From Yuukianura sp. NJ FZ-2021 (taxonomy: Eukaryota): 64,000 nucleotides of DNA. The stretch covers positions 3,534,001 to 3,598,000 of the forward strand of contig CM102287.1 in assembly GCA_046563655.1 (NCBI GenBank). The letters run 5' to 3'. How positions within the stretch are numbered: position 1 is the first letter of the stretch; each line of letters starts with the position of its first letter. This document shows positions 26,335 through 38,724 of this stretch, one piece after another. The notes beneath the pieces were generated by a model. It worked only from the letters and a program-made list of their open reading frames with translations, was not told where the DNA came from and did not search any database. The position numbers were made by a program, and so were the translations under genes.

Positions 26335-29306
26335 TCAAACAGAAACTCCTGCTTCAGCCAATCGTTTGTCCAGCTCATCAAACAAAGGTGTGAAATAGTG
26401 GATCAGCGAAGATGTCGACAGTTTTCCTTGGCCCGTCAGCACTTTCAGCGCTTCTGGCCAGTTTTCACGGAATCCCATTGCCATCATATCGCTGAAACCA
26501 AGAAATCAAAATTTTGAATTTTACAATGTGCTGTTTGAACAATGTGTTTTGAACAGCTTCAATTTGACTTACGCCAACTTCTTTCCAGCTTCTTTGTTTC
26601 CAGCAAAGTCGCATTGATAAAGTGGTTTAGAGGTGGGGCTGCCTGGCGTAAATTCTTTAGCAGTGATGCACATTGCTTCGTAGAACTGAAACTGCAGAAT
26701 GTGACTGATGAAGTATCGAATGTACTCGACATTGGCCACAATGTGATACTTGGCAGCAGGGTCAAAGGTCATTGGATCTCTTGGTGCTGGAGGAACAATA
26801 CGCTGATTCTCTTTTCGAATTTCCCACCATCTAGTACTGTAGTTTCCTGGACTCAGCTTCCCTTCTATTACTTCCCAGCGCCACTTGTCCACCGAATAAG
26901 CAAATGGGAGAAATGCAATCTAAAATATACGCAGTAAAATACAGTTGGACTGGACAGTACACTTGATTCTCGCATAGATTTCGAAATTTTGAAACTTTTT
27001 TTTTCTAATTTTAAAATTTCGTTTTCCAAAAATTTTGAAATTATGTTTTCAAAATGTAGGATCAATTTCTTCAGTTTTTGTTTTTTTTACCTTTTCGAGA
27101 GCCATTTGGTACAGAAAGTTTATATCGACTGGAGACGCTGGAGGGGGCGGAGCTTGTGAAGCGGCGTTCTGATTGGAGCAGTCGAGGTCAAGGCCAAGGT
27201 CAAGTTGAAGAGCGCATTGGAGATGCTTCGGAGTAGTCACGGCCAGGGCTAAAGCATCTCCTAAAGCTTCATGGAATCCGGGATTGGCTCCATCACGAAA
27301 GATTACGTGCTCATTGGTGTACTGCATGAAGTACTCGATGTGACCTGCAAGGTCAAAGGTCAAGGTCACGGTGACAAATCTATCTTTGACTTTGAAACTC
27401 AATGTTGGTACTTGCCCATTTCGTGGTGAGCAGTGACAAGGTCGTCTAATGCCACCTTGGTACACTGCTTGATTCTAAAGTTTAAAAAAAAATCAAGGTC
27501 AAGGTCAAAGGTCAAGAAAAATTGCACTGAATTTGGATTTTTTACAAACCTGAAGTCCGTGTTTCCTCTGCCCAAGCAGAAATCTAAAAACAAACCAGAA
27601 ATTATTTCAGCGCTTACTCTCAAGCGCTCGTCAGCAGCGATTCTATTAGAATCGCTGAAATTTTTCACTTAACCTTCAGCGCTTGCGTGACAAACGACTT
27701 CCCGGTCCGTTGGTTTGACCAGCATGCTCTTCTCCCAAAACGTTGGAGTCATTCTCTGCAATCCCATGTCCCCGAAAAAGTCATCGGCCACTTCAAAAAT
27801 CTTCTTGGGCGTGTACCCCTGTTCAAAATTGTTCAAAATCATGTCAAAAATTCATAAAATTTTGAAATTTTAACTTTTCAAACCTTGTTGATCAAAGCTG
27901 CAGTGACATTGACAGCAGTAGCATTCGGGTAAGGCTTAGTACTTGCGTCTAGTTCACCCCACTGCTGTGCCCACATATTTCCAAAGACATGTGCTGGCAG
28001 ATACTGGCCAAATCCACCTTCTTCGAACTTGGCCTTCCATGCTGGATTCTGTTTTAGTTGGAGACCAACGTAAGAGTGCAGTTTTTTGTAATACGGCTCC
28101 AGCGATTTCCAAATCGCTTCCATTTCGGCCTTGAACTTAGCCGGAGTCCACTCGTTCCCAACGTCGTCGTCGTAGTCCATCAGCGACAGTTCAGTCATCT
28201 ACAACGACAAACAAACATTTTGTTTTCCAATTTTTTCAAAAAAGTTTTTGAAAATTACGATTCAGATGTGAAAAATATTGTTTTCCAACACATTTCGTCT
28301 CTGAGATATTAATTTATAAAGTTTATGAATTTTGAAATTTTGGAAAGAGATTTTACACTGTGAAGTTAAATTTTGTTAAATTTTGAAAAAAAATTGCAAC
28401 TTTTTAGCCATTTATTCAACTCCATCGGCCGGCTCAAGTTGCAGAACACAAATTCACATAAATTTAGTGCAAAAATTTAACCAAAAAAAAAACAATCAAA
28501 ATTCATAGAATTCATGCATTAGGTAACTTACATCTTTGAATCCATTGGCCTTGGCCATTTCATTCTGGAGGTCAATGAACTGCTTGTACTCTTCCGGCGT
28601 GACCTTTGACCCCATCGTGTCATGCCAGGCTGTCCAGTAGTAAGCCAGTTCATCATAGTCTTTACTCGATGTCAGTTTGGCTTCAATTTCTAAAAACAAG
28701 ATAGCCAAAAAACTTTCCGTTAAAATTGAAGCTTTTAAATTCAATTTTTTTTAAAACTTTGTCGTCTGTGTTGCTCACCAGGATCAAGCGTGTAGTTGCA
28801 AATCGTTGGATTTTGATACTCACAAACCGTTGCTGTTGCATAGACAGATTCCATTTGAGCCTGTATTTCATTCATTTTGGCAACATGTGCTGGCAGCATT
28901 GTTCCTGGACCGGATATTCGCAAGTACTTGATTTCTCTCTTGACAGTTTCATTCTTAAAGGAATCCAAATGCGGGAACTTCGCCAGCAGCTCTTTCTGCA
29001 CAGTGGCTTGAAATTCTCCAAATTCATTGGTCGCCAAAACCTACAAACCAAAATTTTGAAGCAAAAAGGTCACGAGGTCACAATCCACAATTTGAATCTT
29101 ACCGAATTGTTCTCCGTTTCCTTTGTGACATTCGTGATATAACTCCATCTTGCTTCTGTTTGCTTGTTACATGCTGCCGAGTATCGTTTTTCCAAATCCT
29201 CCAGATACTGGATCGCTTCTGCTTCTTCTTGCTCCTGCGCAGAAGCAACTTGAGACACAAGTATAAAAAGCGCAGCTAAAACGGTTTTCCAGTGTCTTAG
29301 TGACAT
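26335..29306 (-). CDS. ACE: Angiotensin-converting enzyme-like peptidase (family M2), single domain, secreted
   Basis: Signal peptide [36 protein letters not shown]; the zinc motif HHEMG|H is split by an intron; [40 protein letters not shown]. No TM anchor. First in-frame stop is at 26335; a short extra intron could move the end to ~26287. Confidence 0.93.
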
Positions 29307-29811
29307 TATTCTGGCAAATGCTGAACTAAACTAAAAATCAATTGTCAATTGCTAGTTGTCAGTTAAGCATTGCAAACCAAACACAACTTGCAACTTGACA
29401 GCAAAACAATGGCCTTTTATAAACCTGTTCCTGATAAAAACTTGAGAAGGTTTGAAACTGGTACTAAGGTCGTTACCACCTCACACAACCAAGTAATTAG
29501 AAACAACAAAATGTTAATTGCACCAACACATGAAGTCACACCACATCTCTTGCTGCTAATGAAAATTCGTTGGTTATTACTTGCCAATCACCTTAGTTTC
29601 TAACAGTATGAACACAAATACTAAGATTTACCAACGAAAAGTGGAAAAATAGTGACGTAAAATGACTATGAACTTGAAATATTTCCAAGTTGATTTTGTC
29701 TATTAGTACTACTCGCCGTATTTATCACTTGGGAAGAAAAGGCTGTCGATGTTGACCTTGAAATGCTCAAGGTCAACATCATGGTCAGTTGAGAACAATG
29801 AACTCCAATGA

Positions 29812-31649
29812 TTACTTTTCTTCGTCACTACTATTACTAAACCAGTCTCGCGTGACCTTTGACACTTCTTTCAAGGACGACGGTGGATCTGGATCTGACC
29901 TTGACCTGGAAGTGGCAGTGTTGGAGATGATGGTGACTTGAGGACAAATGAGCTTCGCAGCAGCGTCAATCTGAGCAGGTTGCATGATGCAGCTACTTCC
30001 GCAGAGAGACTCAAGGTCGCTACTAATAGAATCCACCTAAGAAAAAAAAATCAAAATAAAAAGTGACTTTACAAAACAAAAAGTTTATGTTTATATTTGA
30101 ACCCCTTTTGGCAGAAAGCAATAAATTCATTTTAAAAAAAAATCTGTATTCTTCAGTTCTTCCTCCCTTTATCTTCTGACCAGATTTTGATCAAAAACGG
30201 AGGATTTTCCAAAAACGGCAACTAGATTCTTCGTGGAGTCTTGTACTACTTGGACATTGAGTAATCGTAGATCAGTTTCAACTTGGTCCAGTGTAGGATA
30301 GAGCAGAAGTGATTGAAGATTGAGCAGAGGATACTTGCATGTTGATGACCCAAAACCTTTGGAAATGACCTCGAAAGATTTTCTGTTGACACAATTCAAC
30401 GCCAGTTGTAAATTTTTTTCGGTGCATGTTGTTATTCAACGTAATTTCACATACAAAGTTTATAACATTTGAACAATTCTCCATTGGATTAAACTTACAG
30501 ACGAAGCTTCCTTGTATGTTCAAACGCAGCAGCACGCATCAACGGCGGCAGTAGTTTGAGCAGTTTGAAATACTTGACGAAATTGTTACACTGGTAGCAC
30601 AAGGACATTTGAGTTGAAAGTTGATAGTTCTTGTCGTCCCTGATTTTAGGAAAAGGCTTATCTTTAGTTAAATTGCACTGTAAGTTATGTAAATTTTTAC
30701 GACCTTACTAACTTGAGATTATCTAGACCTCTCATGGCTAGAGCCCTTCGAAGTACTTCTCCAGATTCTGGACAGAGAATGACATAGAGTGATTCAAATT
30801 CGGCTCGACTCGGTTTCCAGTATGAATTCAGTTCGTACAGAGACAACAAACGTTTCAGATTGTCCATGAGATGCTTCCGGTTGATATTTGGGTCAAACGT
30901 GGTAGGTGGTTCGTGTCTACATCTGCGAAGAACAGAATTTTTATAAAATTACATTGCAAACGAGTAGAAACTTACCGATATGCAGAGTAAATGTGGAAGC
31001 GAACCATTGACTCTAGGATTCTGATTGCTGACGAGTCCGTGATACGTTGAATAACCAAATCTTGGCGAATGGCCCGGAGACGATCAAATATAAAGTCGTA
31101 AATAGTTGTAAACTGCTCATCTCTACGTGTCAAGATTCTGAAAATTAAATGTATTCTTTAGTTTTCATCCAACTTTTGGGGAGAAATGGTACTTGACTTA
31201 CTCGCCATATAAGTAGACTGCCGTTCTCTCAAGTACTTCAGAAGGTCGAAGGTCAGCTGGAGACGTTTTGTCAAGCCCAGCCGCAGATCTTGTAAACGTT
31301 TTGACCACTTTTGTCACATCTCCTTTGAAAATTATCTTCTTTACTCTGTTACGCGATGCAGCCAGTGACGACCTCGTAGTTAATCCACGTCCAGCTTCGG
31401 CTAAATCATCGCTTCGCTCAAACTTGTGTAGCAGCCCCTCCCGCTCTCGCCTAAACAAAACAAACGGATATTTTAGCTTGTACACTACAAACGTTTAGTT
31501 AATCTTCGTTCGCTTTACTTTGTTTATTGCAAAAATTTGTAAATTCTTGACAATTCTGATTTCTCCATTTTTGCATTAAGAAAAACTTACATCAGCCGTT
31601 CTTTAAGAGGACACATATCTATGCACGTCCCTGTGATCACAGTAGTCAT
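29812..31649 (-). CDS. SAC3D1: SAC3 domain-containing protein 1 (SAC3/GANP family)
   Basis: MTTVITGTCIDMCPLKERLMRERE; VKTFTRSAAG...DLRPSEVL; YDFIFDRLRAIRQDLVIQ; ILESMVRFHIYSAYR. The short length fits SAC3D1 rather than GANP. Confidence 0.88.
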
Positions 31650-31974
31650 GATTAAATCCACTAATTCCAGTGAAGAATTAGTACTAATCAATTAATTGAG
31701 AACAAAACAAGATGAACAAATGATCATGTAAACTTTTCAATTTAAATTATTTTTTCTTACTTTATTTGTTTATTTCGTGAAATTCAAAATGCTTCCCGCG
31801 TTTTTCTGTAATGGGGGAAACAGACGTTCAGTGAGAATATGCTGCACAATAACGACTACGGTTTGTTGAATACAATAAGCGAAATAATTAATTAAGTTAA
31901 TACTTAACTTGATTAATTTAATATTTAATTAAGGTATGTTTAATTAGGATGATTGCTTTCATCCAACAGAGCTG

Positions 31975-33652
31975 TCAAAATGCTTTTCTACCCATAAGTA
32001 GAATGGCTTTTGTTTCAGTGTCGTGAATGAAGTACAAAAACGGATGATCCGCTCTCACAACAATTTGTTCTTTTCCTCCTTATAAAAAGTAAATCAATTA
32101 ATTCCTTGAAATACTTGTAATTCACTACTAATTACTTAAAATTCATGAAGTAATTACCCGCTGGTGCTTCGTCTGCTGGTTGATTCCCTTTTTCTGTAAT
32201 GGACAACACCGTCTTATGCACAATTTTGTCCAGGAAAAGCCCAGGGTACGGAGTAATTCCATTGTAGTCCAAAATTCCTCGAGCGTCAGGGTCCACATTA
32301 ATTCCAAGCTAATTCATCATGAATTATTCTAATTGAGTAATTACTTAAGTAATTAAGTATTTCTGAACAGTCTGCGCAAGAGGCGGCATACCTTGGTCAT
32401 CATCGACTTAGGATCAGTGTGTCCAAAAGTCCAAAACGATTCGGCGTCAAACTTTGGCAAAAACAAATTCACTACAGTTGACCTCATCTGCGTCAAAATC
32501 GACGCCAAAGTGCGATTTCCCGTTTTCAGGGTATCTTCCAGCGGAAATCGCAAGCCATCACGATTTTTCGGCACCAAAACTACCATTTCTAGTCGTTGCC
32601 CCTAAAATTTTACCAAATTCAATATTTCCAAAATCGAAATTTTCAAAAATTCGACTTTGTGAACCAGAACTTACTGAAAATGGAATCGCTACGACCTGTG
32701 ACCTCATGTCCGGTAAATCAGCATATTTCAACTTTCCATGATAGTTCATCATAGTTGTACTAGTAGCAGCGTGAGTATCATTTAAATAGAAAAGGTCAAA
32801 GGTCGAACCTTCTCCTGTCGGCTGAAGTGTAAATGGATGCTCCCAAATTCCACGAAAATAGACTCCACTTATCCCAACAAGCTTTGTGTCTTTTGAAATT
32901 GAATCTATAAAAGAAATTTTGAAAATTTTGTTTTTCGAAATTTTGAATTCAACGAAACTGAAATTTTGACACCACCTGGAGAAATTACCGAGGTCACCTT
33001 CCCTTTCGTTTTTTGGCTCATCCAAGTATTGATTTTTTCAGCTGTGGTCACACTTTTTCCAAAATCAGCGCTGCGAACGCCTCCAGACGCTGAAAAGTCT
33101 TCTGTCAGCGATTCCTTAAATTTCGTACGAATTTGGTGGCTCGTTGGAACGTAGATCCTCTGGATTGACTTGTACTCGATTTCATCGCTGTCCTAAATTT
33201 TCAAAGTTTTTGGATTTTGAAATTTTAAAACATATGAGTTTTATGAAGTTTTTGAAGTAAATTTTGGAGCAATTCTGAAAATCCTTCAGTGATTTGCTTA
33301 TCGCTGAGCGTTCGCATTTCCAGTGCTCCAGTCAGTTCGTCTTTTCGGCTGGAAGTCGAGCCGCTCCAAAGCATTCCGAGCAGAGCGCTGACTGAGAACG
33401 GCGAAAACACAAAGTTCCCATGTTGTGTTTTAGTTTCTCTCAGAAACTGCAAAAGTTACATTTGAAAGGTCAAAGGTCAAGGGTCAATTTCGAAATTCCA
33501 ACTTACAAAGTAGAACTTTTTGCAAATTTAGCATTTGCATCAACAATGGATTTGAGTGGAAAGTTGTCTTCCTCTTCATCCTCTTCAGATTGAGAATTGA
33601 TACTGGTCAAGGTCAAGGTCAGCAGAACGAACTTCGTTAAGCAAAATTTCAT
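31975..33652 (-). CDS. Secreted serpin, probably non-inhibitory; apparent 1-nt frameshift near 33517-33521
   Basis: Signal peptide; GNFVFSPFSVSALLGML; GVYFRGIWEHPF; VNLFLPKF; C-terminal RADHPFLYFIHDTETKAILLMGR. The hinge/RCL reads EKGNQPADEAPAGG. Confidence 0.88.
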
Positions 33653-34124
33653 TTTTAAAATTAAAAACTCAAAAATTCAACTGAAAGGTGTCGAATACCA
33701 AAATTTAGAGTTTAACTGTGAACTTTTGTGAAAGTGAACTGAAGTTTAGCTCTGTCAGTCTTCCCGTTTCATCTTAACCCAGTTTTGACATTTAATTGGT
33801 GTCAACCTCTTTTGTATTTACCTCGTTTTAAGTGTTAAAGTGTTAACTAGGTTTAAAGCTAGCTTAACTTAATTAATAAGTGAAATTAAAGTAATTACTA
33901 ATTAAAGTTTTATCCTTAAATTAACTAATTAGTTTTCCTACCAACAACTAAAATCGACTGTGTTGAAAATTCGTAAATGAAAAACATCAACGTTGAACGT
34001 AGTTCGATTTCTCTTTGAGGTCAACTTGTCCACTCCTGCAAACGTATTAAAATATATTAAAAAGTATTAAAACATATTAAAATATATTAATATATAATAT
34101 TTTTACGAGGAACAGTAGGCCTTA

Positions 34125-35179
34125 GTCCCCCTAGCCCTTCTTCATTGACTGAAATGGAAGTGCGCAAGGTCACATCAGTAAAGTAGAGGTCACCACCGTA
34201 ATCAATTCGAAGCCATGCTTTTAGTGCGCCGTTGTAAGTCACGAGACCGTTAAGGTTGTAGACGCCCCTGTGATAATAGTATCCCAGGTCTTCAATGAGA
34301 AGATACCTACATCAAACAAACTTCCAGGGAGTGCGCGCTAGAGGAGTTCAACGGGCTCCTGAATTTGTATGCATGATGTCGACTGATCAAATGGTAATCG
34401 CTAAAGAATCGTTCCATGACAGTCTTGTTCTCGACGGGTGGGCGACATGGTAAATTTCGGCTAATATCAACAAATATGACCCCGAATTTTGTGGGGTCAT
34501 TTATGGATAGGTGAATGACTTTTCGAAAATTTCCTAAACTCTGATTCTGAGTCCACTCTGTCAACAGTAAGGGCTCCTTGTCGGACATTCTGAAAGTACA
34601 ATGTGTACTGAATTTGAGCAAAGATGTTTTCATCGTATGACCTTGACGGCTTTCAAGGTTAAAGAAAGTCAAATGTAAAAAGTAGTGAGGGCCAAATACT
34701 TCGCGATAGTTGAAGGAAGGGAACTTGTGGGTCAAGTTCACGTTGTTGGAAATTAGGAAATAGTAATCATGTTGATCTCTCCATTTCTGACAAGGTAAAT
34801 TTCCGAAGCACTTTTTGAAGCAGAAGGTCGGTGGCTCAAATATGTATTGCATGATCTTGGCTGTTTCCGGAAAGAAAACAAACGAAGCCTCACATGGAAA
34901 GATGTGCTCACTTGCGTTAATTTTTCTCGACAGATGAATCACTGGATGTGCCGAGAAGTTGTCCATAAGAAAGGAATGTGTATTCGGCACAAAGACTATT
35001 ATGTAACATTCTTTGAACGCTCTAACCCATGACCCCAAATTAGTGCGTGTAGGCTTAGCGCGTCTCTGTACGATATTATTGTGGCCAAAGTTGTTTGTGT
35101 AGCTAGCAGAATAATATAAATTGAAAATGTTTTGTATAACATTTTGAAGTGACAAAAAAACTACGATGTTCACGCGCAA
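34125..35179 (-). pseudogene. Intronless orphan ORF (290 aa, no upstream ATG) with a ~50-codon frameshifted continuation; possibly a remnant of a divergent receptor ectodomain
   Basis: Long ORF in AT-rich DNA. The frame is closed upstream by TGA without an ATG. After the TAG at 34307 another frame stays open (YLLIEDLGYYYHRGVYNLNGLV...). No recognisable motif. Confidence 0.3.
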
Positions 35180-35833
35180 AAGATAACGGGCGATAGAACT
35201 CGAGCGTTGGACTCCATAGTGGGTTCTAGACGCAGGGAAAAGGGCATAACCTCAAATGAGAAAAAGTCAACGGCCAAGTTTGACGATTAATAACCAAAAC
35301 AAACAAAGTTTGTTTGCTTAGCTTATTTCATAACTTTTTCCTCAATAAGTTTTTCCCTGCAGAGTATTTCTAGTTCACTGGTACGTTGGTTTGGCACGAT
35401 GGCAATTTTCTTTTGAATTTCAAAGTTTTGAGCATATGAAAGCAGACAATTTTAGGTTAGCTTTGTTTAAACTAATATTTACCTTAACGAACAGATAAAT
35501 ATTTTATTCTTCGTGTTGTATGCCAAATAGTAACGAGAAATCTTAGAACGGCAATTTAATAAAAAATTGAGGCGTCCTTTGTGGTAATTTGGAAAACAAA
35601 ACATTTTATTTAAATGTAAATTAAATAATTTCCGACAGGAGTCCTCCGCCCATTATTAGAGAAATAATGGTATGGTAAAAAGAAATTAGCCAAGGGAACA
35701 GTTAGCTTTTAACCCAAAGTATATTATGTCATGTTGTATTGTATGAATGGACCAGTAATTGTATGAAATTGAATTGTATGAATAAGCAGCAATAATGATT
35801 TACAATTTAGAGGATCGAATTTCCGTTAGTCAT

Positions 35834-38340
35834 TTAATTTGCCGAAGATTGCGAAGAATCCGACGACATGCCGGCATCTTCACATGGTTTTTCAAATTTT
35901 CGGGTAAGGTTTGTCCATTGAAGGGATACGTTAAACGCGCTGACTGTCTCTTCAACTAATTTCTTTGGCTTTTTTCTACCGTGCGATTGTTGACCTCTTT
36001 CGTTGTGATAACTTCGTTGATGTCTGTACCTAACAAAATGAGTAGTAAAAGTAGTAGTAAAGATGTTTCATTAAAATTTTCTATCCTTTCATTATAATTT
36101 ATATTGATAGTAATTTGTTTTAATTGACATACCTGGCTGTGGATGTCGTATAAAATTTTGGACAGTGGTTACAAGGATATAACCCAGCTTGATTTGGCTT
36201 TGAGTGTGCCGTTTTTGGTCCTGGCTTTTTCATTACCCTTGACACTGCAGTAGTTCCTGAAACAGTGAATGGTGGCGGGTATTTCAAAGGCAAGACGAAT
36301 GATTCGACTCCACCTAGATACAATTACAAAAATAGAAAGGATACTATGGAGGGAGTATGGTGGCAAAATTATTTTAAAGTTTCGCGCGTTAAAACATGTT
36401 CCGCCAATTAAAAACTAACGTTTTCGCGTATTACTTTAATGCGCGAAAACTTTTTTTAATTGCAGTAATTTTAAATTGCAGAAAAATTTTAAAGCGCGAA
36501 AAAGTCTAAGCGTACGTTAACGGAACGTACGCTTAGGAAACGTACGCTTAGGAAACGTACGCTTAGGGAACGTACGCTTAGAAAACTTACGCTTAGAATG
36601 CATGTCCAATAGAAGTCACATTACCAGAACTGATCAGAATTAGTATTCTGTAAATTATTATTTATTGTTATTGGATCTTTTTCTTTTATTTTATTTTAAA
36701 AGGGTTTCTTTTATTGCTAAAATTAAGCATTTATTTAAAACTCTTACAAAAACGACATTTCCTTGGTTTTTGTACGGTATTTTGAATTCCTTAAGTTTTT
36801 TGGAGTGAAGTATTTCAAACCCCGCGGGCAAAGCTCCACCCCTCTGGATTCGTCTATTTCTTCCTGTGGATATCCAGCCGTGGACGCAATGTCAAAAAAC
36901 TGGATATCCAGCAACACTGTATGGGGCTACACATTTTTGAAAACCTTACAAAGCATATGAGAAATGAAGTGTTTTATAGTTTACAATAGATAATAAATAA
37001 TAATAGACAATAAATAATAATTTACAGAATACTAATTCTGATCAGTTCTGGTAATGTGACTTCTATTGGACATGCATTCTAAGCGTAAGTTTTCTAAGCG
37101 TACGTTCCCTAAGCGTACGTTTCCTAAGCGTACGTTTCCTAAGCGTACGTTCCGTTAACGTACGCTTAGACTTTTTCGCGCTTTAAAATTTTTCTGCAAT
37201 TTAAAATTACTGCAATTAAAAAAAGTTTTCGCGCATTAAAGTAATACGCGAAAACGTTAGTTTTTAATTGGCGGAACATGTTTTAACGCGCGAAACTTTA
37301 AAATAATTTTGCCACCATACTCCCTCCATAGGATACAACTTTACTGTAGCAATTATTTCATCATTGAGGAAAGTGAAACCAGAGAAGCTTTAATACTAAA
37401 ATGTACCAATCACCTAGCGTTGTTTGGTTTATGCCTTCAGTAAAGCCTGGCGCATGCACTGTAATCTTGGCTGGAGTGTTGCGTACCGGTAAAGTACCAA
37501 AGCTTCCACTGAGTGCCACAATTGATGAGTTTGAGTGCGCAAATATATTGCGATTTTCGACGCTGCTCGTCTGTTCGTCTGCTTCCGTGTTTTCAGGTTG
37601 AATATGTCCAGTTGTATAATTACCGTTGACCGGTGTTTTTGCTGTTATATTTTCTTCTACATCAAACGAAAAACTTGCCCCTTCAATGGCAGAATCATTG
37701 TTTTCTGACATTGAATCGGAGCACGAACTGCCTAATTCCTCCAACTCAATTACGTCATTGTCTTCTTGGTATTCCGTTTCGTTTTGCAGTGAACGGATTA
37801 ATTGTGGACTGCGTCAAATACAAAAATTATTCATTGCTCAGTTTTAAATCAAATCTAAAATAATTGTAATAATTAGAATTGTGGAATGGGAAGTTTAAAC
37901 ACGTCAGCGTCACGAACCTTTCAGAAGTTGAAGTATGCGGTATTAGAACTTCGGCTGCATCGAGTTTCTTCAAAGCCACCACTAATGATTTGCTTTTTAA
38001 GACAGTAGATACCGCTTCCAAATCTAGGCGTGGTTGCTGTCGCGTTAGTTCATTTCGTATCCTGCCTTCGTTGTTGTCAGTCTGAAATTCTCTGACAACA
38101 TCACAAAAAAAACAAATGTGTCTTTTTACAACACTTTTTCCAAATGAATTCACGTTTTTGTAATGATTTATCATTACGCGTTCATATTTTCCTTGGAAAT
38201 ACATACCTTAGTAGCTCTCTCACGAAGAAACGGACTTGGTCGTCACTTAAACTATCAACAGGCACATTTGACCCGCCTGTTCTAATTCCCTTTACTACGC
38301 GGTCTCGCACGTATTGAACTGCTTTTATGGGACGCAATCT
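35834..38340 (-). CDS. Orphan multi-exon protein with one C-terminal C2H2 zinc finger (5' end uncertain)
   Basis: Phase-consistent exons ~38340-38207, 38091-37919, 37808-37414, 36313-36133 and 36029-35834. Splicing assembles C-x2-C-x12-H-x4-H: CNHCPKFYTTSTARYRHQRSYH. Confidence 0.6.
36345..37330. mobile_element. IS3EU-like non-autonomous foldback element with 324-bp TIRs and 6-bp TSD
   Basis: TIRs 36345-36668 and 37007-37330 look identical and start TATGGAGGGAG. TSD GGATAC at 36339-36344 and 37331-37336. Each arm has about five 15-bp AACGTACGCTTAGGA repeats. TAY...RTA termini with a 6-bp TSD is the described IS3EU signature. Confidence 0.8.
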
Positions 38341-38724
38341 CTGCAAAGCATTAATATAATATATCGTACTAAAATTAGTTTAAACTCCAACGTGGGTAAG
38401 GCTAGATGTTTATTTCACCATTGTTGTGACGAAACGAAGCCTCGTATTTCTGATTCGTATCTTTATTGTTGCGTCGAGTTATCGCTCCTCGCGGGAATTT
38501 TGTGTTTTTAGGCTAGTAAAATGAAAATTCCTATAAGAAAAAACAATGTGAAGTGCATAGAACGCTTCTACATGTACCCTGAAATCAAAACGTTCTTACC
38601 AAATATTTACTTTACATATTTTTAACTTGAACTCGGCTTGGCTCAATACTGAAGTGTACGAGTTGCTAATGCACCTGGAAATTAACAAAATGAAATTAAA
38701 TTTAGTATAATTTATGGACATTTT

